64,000 nucleotides of DNA from Armatimonadota bacterium (GTDB taxonomy: Bacteria; Armatimonadota; UBA5829; DTJY01): NCBI GenBank assembly GCA_025358205.1, contig JANYKG010000082.1, forward strand, positions 551 through 64,550, in the 5' to 3' direction. The notes under the pieces were generated by a model. It was given only the letters and a program-made list of their open reading frames with translations. It was not told the origin of the DNA and did no database searches. A program made the translations under genes and the position numbers. How positions within the stretch are numbered: the stretch's first letter is position 1; the number at the start of each line of letters is the position of its first letter. Shown in pieces: positions 52,609-64,000 of this stretch.

Positions 52609-55600
52609 ATGAAACAACTTCAGCATTCGTTCAGTCGTACCCCAGCTGCTCTTGCTGAGGTACCTGTACCGAATCTCATTGAACTTCAGCGCGATTCTTA
52701 TGAATGGTTTCTGCGCGAAGGACTCCGCGAACTTTTCGCAAGCTTCTCGCCCATTTATGATTTCACGGGAAGCATATCCCTGGAACTGCTAGATTATACG
52801 CTCGGCGAACCCAAGTACAGCATTGAGGAATGCCGAGACCGGGACATGACCTACGAAGCTCCGATCAAGGCAAAGGTGCGCTTGGCTGAGACGGGCAAAG
52901 AAGTCATGGAGTCCGAAGTTTATCTGGGCGACCTTCCTCTAATGACGGAGAAGGGTACGTTCGTCATCAACGGCGCCGAGCGCGTGGTTGTCAGCCAGTT
53001 GGCGCGTTCTCCAGGCGTCTATTTCAAGGATACCCTTGACTTCAGCGGGCGAGTATTGTACTTCGCCACTGTTATCCCGAGTGAAGGAGCATGGGTAGAC
53101 ATCGAGACAGACCCGAACGATGTTATGACCGTACGTATCGGGCAGACCAAGAAATTCCCGGTCACCACCCTGCTAAGAGCGCTCAACTATTTTGACGCAG
53201 CATGTCCTACATCGCAGATGGTCTTTCCGGCTGATGCGGAGGGTCGCGTGCTGGCCGCCGACGTTGTGGATCTGAAGACCGGCGAGATCATCGCCGAGAC
53301 CGACGCAACGGTGGATGCCAAGCTGATGAAGAAGCTTGAGAAGGCGACACTTTCGAATGAAGGCATCAAAGTCGTCAACCCATCCACCCCTTCGGATAGC
53401 ACAGCGGAACTGGTAGACCTGTTCGGCGAGAGGGAGACCATCGAGGATCTTTCCAAGGAGTCGCTCATAGGTCTCAGGGTGGCTGAGGATCTGCTGGACC
53501 CCAAGACGAAGAAGGTTGTACTCAAGGCCTACGGACGCATTGAGAAGGATACGGCGAAGAAGATCGAGGGCTTTGGGCTTTCGAAACTGGACGTTATCAG
53601 AGTTAATGATCTGGTAGAAGCCACGCTGGGTCAGGACCCGGCGCACGGCAAGGAAGACGCGATCCTGGATATTTACAGGAAGATCAGGCCCGGCGATCCG
53701 GCTACACTGGAGAGCGCAAAGAGCCTGCTGTATTCCATATTCTACGACGTGCGGCGTTATGACCTGGCGAAGGTCGGCCGTCACAAGTTGAACAAGAAAC
53801 TGGGTCTTCGGTTGCCGCTGAGCATGCGCAACGTAACAAAGGAAGACCTGATAAGCATAGTCAGATACATAATGGTGCTGAGTGACGGCGGCGGTTCCAC
53901 TGATGATATTGACCATCTTGAGAACAAGAGAGTCAGGTCAGTCGGCGAACTGCTGCAGAGCCAGTTGCGCATGGGTTTCCTTCGCATGGAGAAGGTTGCC
54001 AAGGAGCGCATGACCAGCCTTGAGGCGGAGAACGTCATTCCGCAGGTGGTGCTCTCAGTCAAGCCGATATCCGCCAGCATCAAGAGCTTTTTCGGCAGCA
54101 GCCAGTTGTCTCAGTTTATGGACCAGACGAATCCGCTTGCGGAACTTGCCCATAAGAGACGACTCAGCGCGCTTGGTCCCGGTGGTTTGAGCAGGCAGAG
54201 CGCCAAGCTGGAAGTGCGTGACGTTCACCACTCCCACTATGGCAAGATATGTCCCATCGAGACGCCTGAAGGCCCGAACATCGGACTGATCGGTTCGTTG
54301 GCTATTCACGGCAAGGTGGATGAATTCGGGTTTATCAAGACACCGTATCGGCGAGTAGTGAACGGTAAGGTTACCGGTCAGATTGACTATCTCATCGCCG
54401 ACGATGAAGACAAACATCTCATTGCCCCCGCGAATATCCCTGTGGATGCGGAAGGCAAGATTGATGTGCCGCTGCTAACCGTGCGTCAGGGCAACAACTA
54501 TCCGCAGGTTCAGCCCAAGATGGTTGACTACATGGACGTTTCGCCCATGCAGGTCTTCAGCGTGGCGGCAGCCCTTGTTCCCTTCCTGGAGAACGACGAT
54601 GCGAACCGCGCACTCATGGGTTCCAACATGCAGAGGCAGTCGGTTCCGTTGTTGAGAAGCAAAGCTCCGGTCGTGAAGACCGGGATGGAGGGCAAGGCGG
54701 CTCGGGACTCCGGTGCGGTAGTCATCGCAAAGCGTGACGGACGTGTGAAGCGCGTCACGGCGGAGCAGATATCCATCGAATCGCGTGAAGGCGGCATTGA
54801 TGAGTACGCGCTTCTGAACATGCTGCGATCTAACCAGGCTACCTGCATTACACAGAAGCCCATCGTGAAGCCGGGCCAGCGTGTGAGGGCAGGGGACGTG
54901 ATCGCCGACGGTCCGTGTACCGAGGGCGGTGAGCTTGCATTAGGGCAGAACATACTGGTGGCGTTCGTAGCATGGAACGGATACAACTACGAAGACGCTA
55001 TTCTGTGCAGCTCTCGACTGGTTCAGGAGGATATCTTCACCTCGATTCACATCGAGAAGTACGAAGTTGAGGCGCGCGACACCAAGCTCGGCCCTGAGGA
55101 GATCACTCGCGACATTCCGAATGTCGGCGAGGACATGCTGAAAGACCTTGATGAGAACGGGATCATCCGAATCGGCGCGGACGTGACGCCTGAGGACATT
55201 CTGGTCGGTAAGGTTGCGCCCAAGGGTCAAGGCGAGCTGACGGCTGAAGAGAGACTGATTATCGCGATCTTCGGCAAGAAGGCCGAAGAGACACGGGATG
55301 TATCGCTGAGAGTGCCGCACGGTGAGAAGGGGAAGATTGTAGATACACGCGTCTTCTCACGGTTCAAGTACAAGTGCAGCCGGTGCGAGACGATCTTCAA
55401 CTTCAGCAAGCGGCCTGACCGCACGATCTGCGACAGGTGCGACGGCGAACTGGAACGACTGCCGGGCGATGAGCTGATGGCAGGCGTGAACCAGCTTGTT
55501 CGCGTGTACGTTGCCCAGAAGCGGAAGATCATGGAAGGCGACAAACTGGCAGGACGCCATGGAAACAAGGGTGTTATCTCAAGGATAGTGCCTAAGGAAG

Positions 55601-56673
55601 ACATGCCGTGTCTGGCTGACGGGACACCGGTAGACATGGTGTTGAACCCGCTTGGTGTGCCTTCGCGAATGAATATCGGACAGATACTCGAAACCCATCT
55701 TGGGTTGGTGGCGGGAAGAATGGGCGGCAGCTATGAGAACCCGATCTTCCAGGGCGCGAAGGAGCCCGAGATACTGGTGGAGCTGGACAAAATGGCGCGC
55801 AAGATGCGCTCAGATGTCATCAACGACTTCCTTCGCACTGAAGTGAAACTGGATATTGTCTTTACCCCAAATAATAACGAGGAAGAGATGAAGGCCGGGA
55901 TCGCTGAAGGGCTGCTGACTCTATCGGCTAAGGGATTAGAGGACGTGGCGCGCATTGCACAAATGGATGAGACCATGGAACTTGAGGCCTACGAAGAGGA
56001 ATGTGCGCGCATCACCGAGGCTGAAGAGAACGAGGAAACATACAAGCCCAAGACCGCGAAAGCGAAAAAGGCTGTACTAAAGGCTATGGCCGACAGGATC
56101 GTGGAAATGGCCTGGACCAGAACCGGTATCGAAAATGCGACCGGTAAGTTGTATCTGACAAACGGTCAGACGGGCGAGAAGTTCGATCAGCCGGTTACAG
56201 TCGGAAACATGTACATGCTGAAACTGATACACCTTGTTGACGACAAGATTCATGCTCGGTCAACGGGACCATACTCTCTGGTTACTCAGCAGCCATTGGG
56301 CGGCAAAGCTCAGTTCGGCGGACAGCGATTCGGGGAGATGGAAGTCTGGGCGCTTGAGGCCTATGGAGCGGCATACACGCTTCAGGAAATCCTCACCATC
56401 AAGTCAGATGACGTGGTGGGCCGTGTTAAGACATACGAGTCAATCGTGAAGGGCGACAGCATGCTCGAACCGGGCATACCTGAATCCTTCAAGATACTCA
56501 TCAACGAACTCCAGAGCCTTGGTCTGAAGGTAACCGTAGAGGACGATAGGGATCGAGAGATTGACCTGACGGACAGAGAAGACGAGGGATCTGATGGCGG
56601 CCCGGGGCATGCGATGATGCGAAAGAGCAGAGCGCTTGAACCGATGGCTGGTATGCGGGAGGATGCGATATGA
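52609..56673 (+). CDS. rpoB: DNA-directed RNA polymerase subunit beta, with lineage-specific insertions including a CxxC-X17-CxxC motif
   Basis: RBS GGAGGAGGG. Conserved beta-subunit blocks are present throughout. Cys codons at 55375, 55384, 55429 and 55438 form the motif [22 protein letters not shown]. Confidence 0.97.
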   Translation: MKQLQHSFSRTPAALAEVPVPNLIELQRDSYEWFLREGLRELFASFSPIYDFTGSISLELLDYTLGEPKYSIEECRDRDMTYEAPIKAKVRLAETGKEVMESEVYLGDLPLMTEKGTFVINGAERVVVSQLARSPGVYFKDTLDFSGRVLYFATVIPSEGAWVDIETDPNDVMTVRIGQTKKFPVTTLLRALNYFDAACPTSQMVFPADAEGRVLAADVVDLKTGEIIAETDATVDAKLMKKLEKATLSNEGIKVVNPSTPSDSTAELVDLFGERETIEDLSKESLIGLRVAEDLLDPKTKKVVLKAYGRIEKDTAKKIEGFGLSKLDVIRVNDLVEATLGQDPAHGKEDAILDIYRKIRPGDPATLESAKSLLYSIFYDVRRYDLAKVGRHKLNKKLGLRLPLSMRNVTKEDLISIVRYIMVLSDGGGSTDDIDHLENKRVRSVGELLQSQLRMGFLRMEKVAKERMTSLEAENVIPQVVLSVKPISASIKSFFGSSQLSQFMDQTNPLAELAHKRRLSALGPGGLSRQSAKLEVRDVHHSHYGKICPIETPEGPNIGLIGSLAIHGKVDEFGFIKTPYRRVVNGKVTGQIDYLIADDEDKHLIAPANIPVDAEGKIDVPLLTVRQGNNYPQVQPKMVDYMDVSPMQVFSVAAALVPFLENDDANRALMGSNMQRQSVPLLRSKAPVVKTGMEGKAARDSGAVVIAKRDGRVKRVTAEQISIESREGGIDEYALLNMLRSNQATCITQKPIVKPGQRVRAGDVIADGPCTEGGELALGQNILVAFVAWNGYNYEDAILCSSRLVQEDIFTSIHIEKYEVEARDTKLGPEEITRDIPNVGEDMLKDLDENGIIRIGADVTPEDILVGKVAPKGQGELTAEERLIIAIFGKKAEETRDVSLRVPHGEKGKIVDTRVFSRFKYKCSRCETIFNFSKRPDRTICDRCDGELERLPGDELMAGVNQLVRVYVAQKRKIMEGDKLAGRHGNKGVISRIVPKEDMPCLADGTPVDMVLNPLGVPSRMNIGQILETHLGLVAGRMGGSYENPIFQGAKEPEILVELDKMARKMRSDVINDFLRTEVKLDIVFTPNNNEEEMKAGIAEGLLTLSAKGLEDVARIAQMDETMELEAYEEECARITEAEENEETYKPKTAKAKKAVLKAMADRIVEMAWTRTGIENATGKLYLTNGQTGEKFDQPVTVGNMYMLKLIHLVDDKIHARSTGPYSLVTQQPLGGKAQFGGQRFGEMEVWALEAYGAAYTLQEILTIKSDDVVGRVKTYESIVKGDSMLEPGIPESFKILINELQSLGLKVTVEDDRDREIDLTDREDEGSDGGPGHAMMRKSRALEPMAGMREDAI

Positions 56674-59600
56674 CGGACGTAAGCACATTCGACAAGATTC
56701 GCATAGGCATAGCTTCTCCTGAGCAGATACGCGCGTGGTCCTGCGGCGAAGTTAAGAAGCCTGAGACTATAAACTATCGAACGTTCAAACCGGAACGCGA
56801 CGGGTTGTTTTGCGAGCGCATTTTTGGTCCTGTGAAGGACTGGGAGTGCCATTGCGGACGGTACAAGAAGGTCAAGTTCAAGGGTATCGTATGCGACAGG
56901 TGCGGAGTAGAGGTAACTCGCTCCAAGGTGCGTCGAGAGCGGATGGGTCACATTGAACTTGCCGCACCCGTTTGCCACATCTGGTACCTGAAGGGCGTGC
57001 CAAGCCCACTCAGTCTGATCTTGGATATCTCGCCAAGACCGTTGGAGAAGGTGATATACTTCGCCTCCTACATAGTCACGAGCGTAGACCGGGCGCGCAT
57101 CAACAGCGAGTTGGGCGACATCCGGGAAGCGATCAGCGCTGAGATGGAAGATGTGCGGGACAGCAAAGAGACCGCAATCTCGTCCGCTCGCCGAAATGCC
57201 GTGAAGGATATGAAGGCGGCAAGCAGGGCGGCGGCGGCGGCAGCAGCGGCGGCAGAGGCGGCTGAGGCAGCGGAAGCGGCCAAAGCGGATGCTGCCGAGA
57301 ATGAGGACCTGGATGCGGTAGACGACGTGGTTGAGCTGGTTGAGTTGGAAGTCGAGCCGGAAATCGAAATTGAGGATCTGGACGACGACGATACTCTGCC
57401 GGACACCATTTCCGAAGAAGACGTGAAGAAACAGGTGGCGGAGCGGATCAAGTTCGCCGAGCGTGATGCCGCCGACCATATCGAGGAACTTACAGCGTCT
57501 CTTAAGTTGCTGGAAACCGTGGAGAAGAAGCAGCTCATCACGGAAGACCAGTATCGGGCGTTGGAGAAGATGTTGAGCAGCGTGGCTGAGCGGCTGGACA
57601 GAGACCTGAGCGGAATGGTGTCGGCTGATCTGGGAGCGGCGGCGATCAAGCAGCTTCTGGAAGAAGTGGACATCGAGCATCTTGCTCGCGAACTCAGGAA
57701 CGAGATTGCCAGCACCCAGGGACCGAAGCGCGCTCGTGCCATTAAGCGTCTTGAAGTTGCAGACGCTTTCATCACTGCGAAGAGCAAGTCGAATTGGATG
57801 ATACTTGACGCAGTGCCCGTGATCTCGCCGGAATTGCGCCCGATGGTTCAGCTCGACGGTGGCAGATTTGCCACCTCGGACTTGAACGATCTGTACAGAC
57901 GCATCATCAACCGAAATAACAGGTTGAAGAAGATCATCGAGATCCGCGCACCGGAGTCCATTGTCAACCATGAGAAGAGGTTGCTGCAGGAAGCGGTGGA
58001 CGCGCTGATTGATAACGGTCGGCGTGCTCGTCCGGTGGTCGGCTCTAACAACCGCCCGCTGAAGTCACTCTCAGACATGCTTAAGGGCAAGGAAGGCCGG
58101 TTCCGCAAGAACCTGCTGGGCAAGAGAGTAGACTATTCCGGACGATCAGTCATCGTGGTCGGCCCGAATCTGAAACTGCATCAGTGCGGCCTCCCGAAAG
58201 AGATGGCGCTGGAACTGTTCAAGCCGTTTGTCATGAAGACGCTGGTGGAGAAAAACTACACCACGAACATCAAGACTGCGAAACGGATGATAGACCGCAT
58301 GAAGCCGGAAGTGTGGGACGCTTTGGAAGAGGTCATCAGTGAGCATCCCGTGCTGCTGAACCGAGCGCCTACTCTACACAGACTGGGTATTCAGGCTTTC
58401 GAGCCGATCCTGGTTGACGGCAAGGCGATACAAATCCACCCGTTGGTGTGTCATGCGTTCAACGCGGACTTCGACGGCGACCAGATGGCCGTACACGTTC
58501 CGCTGTCATCCACCGCACAGGCAGAGGCCCGCGTGTTGATGCTGGCTTCGAACAACATATTCTCACCGTCAGACGGCCATCCCGTGACCGCGCCGGTGCA
58601 GGACATAGTCCTGGGATGCTACTACCTCACGAAGGTCAGGGAAGATGTAAAGATGTTCCCTGAGATCTTCACCAGCCCGGAGGAGGCGCTGTTGGCGCAC
58701 TCTCTGAAACAGGTAGATATGCACCAGCCGATCAGGGTGCGGTATAAGATCAACGGCGAGTCTGTTATCAAGGAGACCACACCGGGACGGCTCATCGTCA
58801 GCGAAGTGCTGCCGGAAGAAATGCGTCCGGTAAGCAAGTTGCTGAACAAGAAGCAGCTTTCTGAGATGGTGAACGAGTGCTATGCGCTGCATGGGCACGA
58901 TAGAACCATCCAGTTGCTTGACGAGATTAAGTCGGTGGGGTTCAAGTGGGCCACCCAGTCCGGTATCACCATCTCCATGACGGACATGGATATCCCGGCA
59001 AAGCGCGAAGAGATCATAGCCAGGACTGAGGAGTCGGTCAACAAGGCGAATCAGCAGTACCGGAAGGGTCTTATCACCCAGGGTGAGCGCAAGCAGAAAG
59101 TCCTTGAACTCTGGACAAAGGCGGCTGAAGACGTGGCCACCGCGATCATGGAGAACATTGACAAGTTCAACCCGATCTACATGATAACGGACTCGGGAGC
59201 GAGAGGCAGCCAGAAGCAGATAACTCAGCTATCCGGCATGCGAGGCCTTATGTCCGACCCGTTCGGCAATCTCATTGAAGACCTACCTATCAAGTCGAAC
59301 TTCCATGAGGGGCTGTCGGTACTGGAGTACTTCATCTCCACGCACGGCGCACGGAAGGGCTTGGCGGATACCGCACTGCGAACGGCGGACGCGGGATACC
59401 TCACCAGGAGACTGGTAGATGTCTCTCAGGACGTCATCGTGCGAGGCGAGGACTGCGGAACAACGCAGGGTATCTTCGTGAGCCAGATCATCGAAGAAGG
59501 GGACATAGTGGAGTCCCTTTCCGAGCGCATTCGCGGACGCACTGCGTTGGAAGCAATCGCAGACCCGAACACCGGAGAGGTGCTCGTGGATGCCGGCGTG

Positions 59601-61010
59601 TTCATCACGGACGCTGACGCCAAGATGATCGAGAAGATCGGCATCAAGCGTGTGGGCATCCGCTCACCGTTCTTCTGTGAACTGACGCGAGGTATCTGTT
59701 CTCAGTGCTATGGTCGCGATATGGCTACCGGTGGACATGTGGAAGAGGGTTCCGCAGTTGGAATCATCGCCGCGCAGTCTATTGGAGAGCCTGGCACGCA
59801 GATCACGATGAGAACCTTCCACACCGGTGGTATCGCAGGTAAGTACCTGACCGGAGTCGCGGAAGTCAAAAAGAAGAAACAGGAATCGCTCAGAGAACTT
59901 CATGATGACATCAGGCACGGTCTGGTCTCGCTTGAAGAGGACATGGTTGGCATGGAGCGGGAGAGAGTCCGCGCGGTACAGGCGGTACTCAAGGTACTCG
60001 AAGACCAGGTTCGCGGTCTGCTGAGGGTTGTGGAGCTGTTCGAGGCTCGAAAGCCTAAGGGACAGGCCATCATCTCCGAGATAGGCGGCGTGGTTCACGA
60101 CATCGAGACCAAGGGCTTGAAGCGGGTTATCATACACTCCGCGCATTCCACGGACCGAACGCCGGATGTTGCCGGTGAAGTCCTGGCGGAAGCGGTACTG
60201 AATGAGGCCGGTGAAGTCGCATACCCAGCCGGAACGGAAGTGACGGACAGGATTGCGAAGAAGATCAAAGACATGGGAGTGGAAGAGGTCATTCTCAGAA
60301 AGACCTATCTCGTCCCTTACCGCGGCAACCTTGAAGTGAACATTGGTGACCAGCTTGAGGCAGGCGACCGACTCACGGAAGGGCCGCTTGACCCTCATAA
60401 GGTGCTCGAACTGAGGGGTGTGCGCGGAGTAGTGGACTACATGACCCGTGAAATACAGGCCGTGTACAGGGCGCAGGGCGTCTCCATCAACGACAAGCAC
60501 ATCGAGGTAATCATCAGGCAGATGCTGAAGCGGCGCAAGGTCCGCTCGGCTGGAGACACGATGTTCCTGCCGGGTCAGATCGCGGACAAATTCGCGTTTG
60601 AGGCGGAGAATACTCGCGTTCGTGAGATGGACCCGCCGGGAACGGAAGCGACTGCGGACTGGGTGCTGTTGGGTATAACCGAAGCGTCGTTGGCGACGGA
60701 GAGCTTCTTGTCGGCGGCGTCATTCCAGAAGACTACCAGGGTGCTCACGGACGCAGCAGTGCGCGGCAAGAGAGACAACCTTGTCGGACTGAAGGAGAAC
60801 GTCATCATCGGTCGCTTGATACCTGCAGGCACAGGGTTGCACAGATATCGCGCGGTAGAAGTCGAGACGCCTTACGGTCGGATCAGAGAGCCGCTGTCGG
60901 CAGTCTCTGCGCGCGAAGCCTATGAGGCAGGTACACTGCTATCCGTGGTGGAGCCTGAATTAGTGGGCGGCGAGAGCGCTGAAGACGCGGGAATAGAGAG
61001 CGAAATCTAG
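56670..61010 (+). CDS. rpoC: DNA-directed RNA polymerase subunit beta'
   Basis: Overlaps the rpoB stop by 4 nt (ATGA). The Zn-finger [19 protein letters not shown] and the catalytic NADFDGD are present. An Ala/Glu/Asp-rich insertion follows the Zn-binding region. Confidence 0.97.
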   Translation: MTDVSTFDKIRIGIASPEQIRAWSCGEVKKPETINYRTFKPERDGLFCERIFGPVKDWECHCGRYKKVKFKGIVCDRCGVEVTRSKVRRERMGHIELAAPVCHIWYLKGVPSPLSLILDISPRPLEKVIYFASYIVTSVDRARINSELGDIREAISAEMEDVRDSKETAISSARRNAVKDMKAASRAAAAAAAAAEAAEAAEAAKADAAENEDLDAVDDVVELVELEVEPEIEIEDLDDDDTLPDTISEEDVKKQVAERIKFAERDAADHIEELTASLKLLETVEKKQLITEDQYRALEKMLSSVAERLDRDLSGMVSADLGAAAIKQLLEEVDIEHLARELRNEIASTQGPKRARAIKRLEVADAFITAKSKSNWMILDAVPVISPELRPMVQLDGGRFATSDLNDLYRRIINRNNRLKKIIEIRAPESIVNHEKRLLQEAVDALIDNGRRARPVVGSNNRPLKSLSDMLKGKEGRFRKNLLGKRVDYSGRSVIVVGPNLKLHQCGLPKEMALELFKPFVMKTLVEKNYTTNIKTAKRMIDRMKPEVWDALEEVISEHPVLLNRAPTLHRLGIQAFEPILVDGKAIQIHPLVCHAFNADFDGDQMAVHVPLSSTAQAEARVLMLASNNIFSPSDGHPVTAPVQDIVLGCYYLTKVREDVKMFPEIFTSPEEALLAHSLKQVDMHQPIRVRYKINGESVIKETTPGRLIVSEVLPEEMRPVSKLLNKKQLSEMVNECYALHGHDRTIQLLDEIKSVGFKWATQSGITISMTDMDIPAKREEIIARTEESVNKANQQYRKGLITQGERKQKVLELWTKAAEDVATAIMENIDKFNPIYMITDSGARGSQKQITQLSGMRGLMSDPFGNLIEDLPIKSNFHEGLSVLEYFISTHGARKGLADTALRTADAGYLTRRLVDVSQDVIVRGEDCGTTQGIFVSQIIEEGDIVESLSERIRGRTALEAIADPNTGEVLVDAGVFITDADAKMIEKIGIKRVGIRSPFFCELTRGICSQCYGRDMATGGHVEEGSAVGIIAAQSIGEPGTQITMRTFHTGGIAGKYLTGVAEVKKKKQESLRELHDDIRHGLVSLEEDMVGMERERVRAVQAVLKVLEDQVRGLLRVVELFEARKPKGQAIISEIGGVVHDIETKGLKRVIIHSAHSTDRTPDVAGEVLAEAVLNEAGEVAYPAGTEVTDRIAKKIKDMGVEEVILRKTYLVPYRGNLEVNIGDQLEAGDRLTEGPLDPHKVLELRGVRGVVDYMTREIQAVYRAQGVSINDKHIEVIIRQMLKRRKVRSAGDTMFLPGQIADKFAFEAENTRVREMDPPGTEATADWVLLGITEASLATESFLSAASFQKTTRVLTDAAVRGKRDNLVGLKENVIIGRLIPAGTGLHRYRAVEVETPYGRIREPLSAVSAREAYEAGTLLSVVEPELVGGESAEDAGIESEI

Positions 61011-61025
61011 GATCGGGACTTGAAC

Positions 61026-61063
61026 GGTCACACGTCGGTGCAATATGTAACCGGCGTGTGACC
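61026..61063 (+). terminator. hairpin after rpoC (possible weak terminator, no U-tract)
   Basis: 9-bp stem GGTCACACG / CGTGTGACC with a 20-nt loop, followed by an A-rich rather than T-rich tract. Confidence 0.3.
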
Positions 61064-61093
61064 TAAATATCACAAAAAGTACACAGCATGCGG

Positions 61094-61123
61094 TTGACAA
61101 CGGATACCGTGTTTGTGTATACT
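61094..61123 (+). promoter_or_regulatory. sigma70-like promoter TTGACA-18 nt-TATACT for the rpsL-rpsG-fusA operon
   Basis: -35 at 61094-61099 and -10 at 61118-61123. Confidence 0.5.
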
Positions 61124-61314
61124 AGTCAGGTTCGATGGCACAAGTCGCAGCATATTGGTAATGCTGAACCAGTTGGGGTCTCCGAAATTGTGGAGACAAG
61201 GTTTTATTAACCGAAGCAGCGATCATGATACGAGGGGGGCAATGACAGAAAGAAACACCTCCTAACCGGTGTGTTTGAAAGAATTTTCAATTCTGCCACA
61301 GGTATGTCTCATTG

Positions 61315-61344
61315 CCCTTCGAGTGTGTGTCGAAGGGTTTTTTG
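61315..61344 (+). terminator. intrinsic terminator / attenuator in the rpsL leader
   Basis: Stem CCCTTCGA (61315-61322) / TCGAAGGG (61330-61337) with a 7-nt loop and a run of 6 T. It lies 68 nt upstream of the rpsL ATG and downstream of the promoter. Confidence 0.5.
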
Positions 61345-61411
61345 TTTGTAAGGAAGTTGGCGTTACCGGAAAGCCGGTTTCGTACTAAGCGACATCCAAG
61401 AAAGGAATGCT

Positions 61412-61783
61412 ATGCCGACAATCAGTCAGTTGGTTCGAAAAGGGCGGCAGCGGATCAAGAAGAAGAGCAAGACCCCCGCGCTGAAGGGTACTCCTCAGAA
61501 GAGGGGCGTCTGCCTTATCGTGCGAACGGCCTCCCCTAAGAAGCCGAACTCAGCTCTGCGCAAGATCGCCAGAGTCAGGCTCACAAACGGGATGGAGGTC
61601 ACCGCGTACATTCCTGGTGTTGGACATAACCTCCAGGAGCACTCCGTTGTTCTCGTTCGCGGCGGAAGAGTCAAGGATCTCCCTGGTGTACGCTACCACA
61701 TCGTTCGCGGAACTCTTGATGCTGCAGGCACCAAGGACCGCAAGACCAGCCGATCAAAATACGGGGCCAAGAGGCCTAAGTAG
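61412..61783 (+). CDS. rpsL: 30S ribosomal protein S12
   Basis: The sequence [13 protein letters not shown]...[10 protein letters not shown] is canonical S12. Confidence 0.97.
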   Translation: MPTISQLVRKGRQRIKKKSKTPALKGTPQKRGVCLIVRTASPKKPNSALRKIARVRLTNGMEVTAYIPGVGHNLQEHSVVLVRGGRVKDLPGVRYHIVRGTLDAAGTKDRKTSRSKYGAKRPK

Positions 61784-61798
61784 TTCGGAGGAGCAATA

Positions 61799-62269
61799 AT
61801 GCCGAGAAAAGGACCTGTACGCAAGCGAGAGATCGCACCCGATCCCGTCTTCAAGAGCCGACTGGTTGCGAGATTCATCAATCGGCTTTTCACTCGCGGC
61901 AAGAAGAGCGTTGGTGAGAAGATATTCTACGGGGCATTGGAAGCGATCGAAGAGAAGACCGGCAAGCCGGGCATCGAAGTCTTCCAGAGAGCAGTGGATA
62001 ACTGCACTCCCATGGTAGAAGTTAAGCCGAAGAGAGTCGGCGGCGCTACCTACCAGGTGCCTATAGAGGTAAGACCTGAGCGAAGACTGGCACTGGCAAT
62101 TCGCTGGTTGGTTACGTATGCGCGGAAGCGGTCAGGCAAGACGATGATTGAGAAGCTTTCGGCAGAGTTCATGGACGCAGCGGCAGGCACCGGTGCATCT
62201 GTGAAGAAGAAGGAAGACGGATACAAGATGGCTGAGGCTAACAAAGCCTTCGCCCACTATCGCTGGTAA
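61799..62269 (+). CDS. rpsG: 30S ribosomal protein S7
   Basis: 156-aa ORF with canonical S7 sequence. Confidence 0.97.
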   Translation: MPRKGPVRKREIAPDPVFKSRLVARFINRLFTRGKKSVGEKIFYGALEAIEEKTGKPGIEVFQRAVDNCTPMVEVKPKRVGGATYQVPIEVRPERRLALAIRWLVTYARKRSGKTMIEKLSAEFMDAAAGTGASVKKKEDGYKMAEANKAFAHYRW

Positions 62270-62296
62270 GTAGATTTGACCGAGCCGATCCAGCCG

Positions 62297-62366
62297 CTAG
62301 GCCGCATAATTCACTAGAAAAGTGAATAATGCTCTGAAGGCCTTTCGTTGATGCGGAAGACGCACA
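62297..62366 (+). repeat. double-hairpin intergenic repeat, copy H (diverged), between rpsG and fusA
   Basis: Sequence CTAGGCCGCATAATTCACTAGAAAAGTGAATAATGC-TCTGAAGG-CCTTTCGTTGATGCGGAAGACGCACAATG. Hairpin 1 has one mismatch and hairpin 2 is degenerate. Confidence 0.55.
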
Positions 62367-62409
62367 ATGAAAACTAAGAGTTGGAGAATGGCTCCAGGGT
62401 GTTGTAGTA

Positions 62410-64000
62410 GTGCTCAAGAAATACGATCTGGAAAAAACAAGAAATATCGGCATCGCGGCGCATATTGATGCCGGGAAGACTACGACTACAGAGCGTATTC
62501 TTTTCTACTCGGGCAGAATCCACAAAATGGGCGAGGTGCATGACGGCGCCGCGACCATGGACTGGATGGAGCAGGAGCAGGAACGTGGCATTACAATCAC
62601 GTCCGCTGCTACTACCTGCGTTTGGCGCGAGCATCGCATCAACATCATTGACACTCCCGGCCATGTGGACTTTACCGTTGAGGTAGAGCGCTCACTGAGA
62701 GTGCTCGACGGAGCAGTTGCTGTGTTCTGCGCTGTCGGTGGCGTTCAGCCGCAGACAGAGACCGTATGGCGGCAGGCAGATAAGTACAAAGTCCCGCGCA
62801 TGGCATTCATAAACAAAATGGATCGCTTGGGCGCGGATTATTTTCGAGTAGTGGAGCGGATGAAGGAGCGTCTCGGCGCCAATGCGGTACCGGTACAGCT
62901 TCCCATCGGTGCTGAGAGTGCGTTCAAGGGTGTCGTGGATCTGGTCAAGATGAAGGCCATCATGTACACTGACGAACTCGGCAACGATGGCGAGGTAGTT
63001 GATATTCCGGCAGACGCACTCAACCAGGCGCTGGAATACAGGGAACACCTCATTGAGGCGCTGGCCGATGTGGACGACGACATGATGGAGAAGTACCTCG
63101 CTGGTGAGAAGATCCGTGCTGAAGAGATTATGCACGCGATCAGACTGGGTACCATTACCAACAAGATCGTTCCAGTGCTTTGCGGTTCTGCATTCAAGAA
63201 CAAGGGAGTGCAGCCACTTATAGATGCCATAATTGATTATTTACCTTCACCAGAGGATGTGGAACCGGTGCAGGGCATTCACCCCAGAACAGACGCACTG
63301 GAGACCAGAGCGCCGTCGGCAGACGAGCCGTTCTCCGCACTTGCCTTCAAGATTGTGACCGACCCGTATGTCGGCAGGCTTACTTATGTGAGATGCTACT
63401 CAGGTCACGCAAAGAAGGGCGCTCAGATAAGCAACGCCGCAAAGAGTAACAAAGAACGGGTGGGGCGAATCCTTCAGATGCACGCCAACCACCGTGAAGA
63501 TATGGAAGATATCCACGCAGGTGACATCGTTGCCGTAGTCGGACTCAACGACACCACAACCGGCGACACACTTTGCGATATGAACAAGCCAATCATACTT
63601 GAAACAATCCACTTCCCTGAACCGGTTATTTCTGTGGCCATTGAACCTAAGACCAAGGCCGATCAGGAGAAGATGGGTATGGCGCTGACAAAGCTGGCTT
63701 CAGAAGATCCCACCTTCAAGATGCGAACGGATGAAGAGACCGGCCAGACGATCATATCAGGCATGGGCGAGCTTCACCTTGAAATTATCATGGATCGAAT
63801 GTTCCGCGAGTTCAAAGTGGAAGCGAACCATGGCCGCCCGCAGGTAGCATACAAAGAAGCCATAAGCAAGCCTGCCAAGGGAGAGGGCAGGTACGTCCGT
63901 CAGACCGGCGGTCGCGGACAGTACGGACATGCCGTAGTGGATGTTCAGCCGCAGGAAGCGGGCGCTGGGTACTTGTTTGTTGACAAGACCGTTGGCGGGT
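62410..64000 (+). CDS. fusA: elongation factor G, 3'-truncated by window edge
   Basis: GTG 62410. The N-terminus [30 protein letters not shown] has the G1 motif. The ORF runs open to the window end. Confidence 0.9.
   Translation, partial: MLKKYDLEKTRNIGIAAHIDAGKTTTTERILFYSGRIHKMGEVHDGAATMDWMEQEQERGITITSAATTCVWREHRINIIDTPGHVDFTVEVERSLRVLDGAVAVFCAVGGVQPQTETVWRQADKYKVPRMAFINKMDRLGADYFRVVERMKERLGANAVPVQLPIGAESAFKGVVDLVKMKAIMYTDELGNDGEVVDIPADALNQALEYREHLIEALADVDDDMMEKYLAGEKIRAEEIMHAIRLGTITNKIVPVLCGSAFKNKGVQPLIDAIIDYLPSPEDVEPVQGIHPRTDALETRAPSADEPFSALAFKIVTDPYVGRLTYVRCYSGHAKKGAQISNAAKSNKERVGRILQMHANHREDMEDIHAGDIVAVVGLNDTTTGDTLCDMNKPIILETIHFPEPVISVAIEPKTKADQEKMGMALTKLASEDPTFKMRTDEETGQTIISGMGELHLEIIMDRMFREFKVEANHGRPQVAYKEAISKPAKGEGRYVRQTGGRGQYGHAVVDVQPQEAGAGYLFVDKTVGG

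Noticed and set aside
56382-57971. 529-aa minus-strand ORF spanning the rpoB/rpoC junction
   Set aside because: It is antisense to rpoB and rpoC, which are unambiguous. It has a low-complexity, Arg-rich translation typical of antisense to GC-rich coding sequence.

Overview
This is a 64-kb window of high-GC bacterial chromosome (about 58-60% GC), with every confidently called gene on the + strand except rpmB. From the 5' end it carries housekeeping genes: a 5'-truncated CapA-like gene, a Gfo/Idh/MocA oxidoreductase, a cupin, an orphan HicB-like antitoxin, trpS, a GNAT, an orphan FecE-like ABC ATPase, rpmB, a CBS-DUF1385 fusion, argS, a Zn-dependent alcohol dehydrogenase, a PfkB sugar kinase, alaS-ruvX-mltG, and a yqeG-like phosphatase followed by aroE. 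Positions 20.0-51.2 kb hold a contiguous, single-strand type IV pilus locus bounded by sigma70-like promoters and a strong terminator. Its gene order is pilB, pilT, pilC, pilD, a DUF1559-type prepilin (candidate major pilin), three unusually large PilV/PilW/PilX-like minor pilins of 600-970 aa, two giant secreted beta-propeller proteins of about 1440 and 2265 aa that may be PilY1-like, then pilM, pilN, pilO, pilP, a secretin-N-domain protein with a Gly-Met repeat tail, and pilQ. Downstream are rplJ, rplL, rpoB, rpoC, rpsL, rpsG and the 5' part of fusA, with recognisable leader, attenuator and promoter elements. The most unusual non-coding signal is a family of at least 8 copies of an ~80-bp double-hairpin intergenic repeat that often starts or ends with CTAG. 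Its stems co-vary between copies, every copy lies in the same orientation as local transcription, and copies sit exactly at stop codons of pilB, pilT, pilC, the PilV-like gene, the PilX-like gene, trpS and rpsG. A second, different repeat type (arrays of ATGGTC / GACCAT units) occurs twice, one of them abutting the trpS ribosome-binding site. RpoB carries a CxxC-X17-CxxC zinc-ribbon-like insertion. No rRNA, tRNA, CRISPR array or obvious insertion-sequence transposase was seen.
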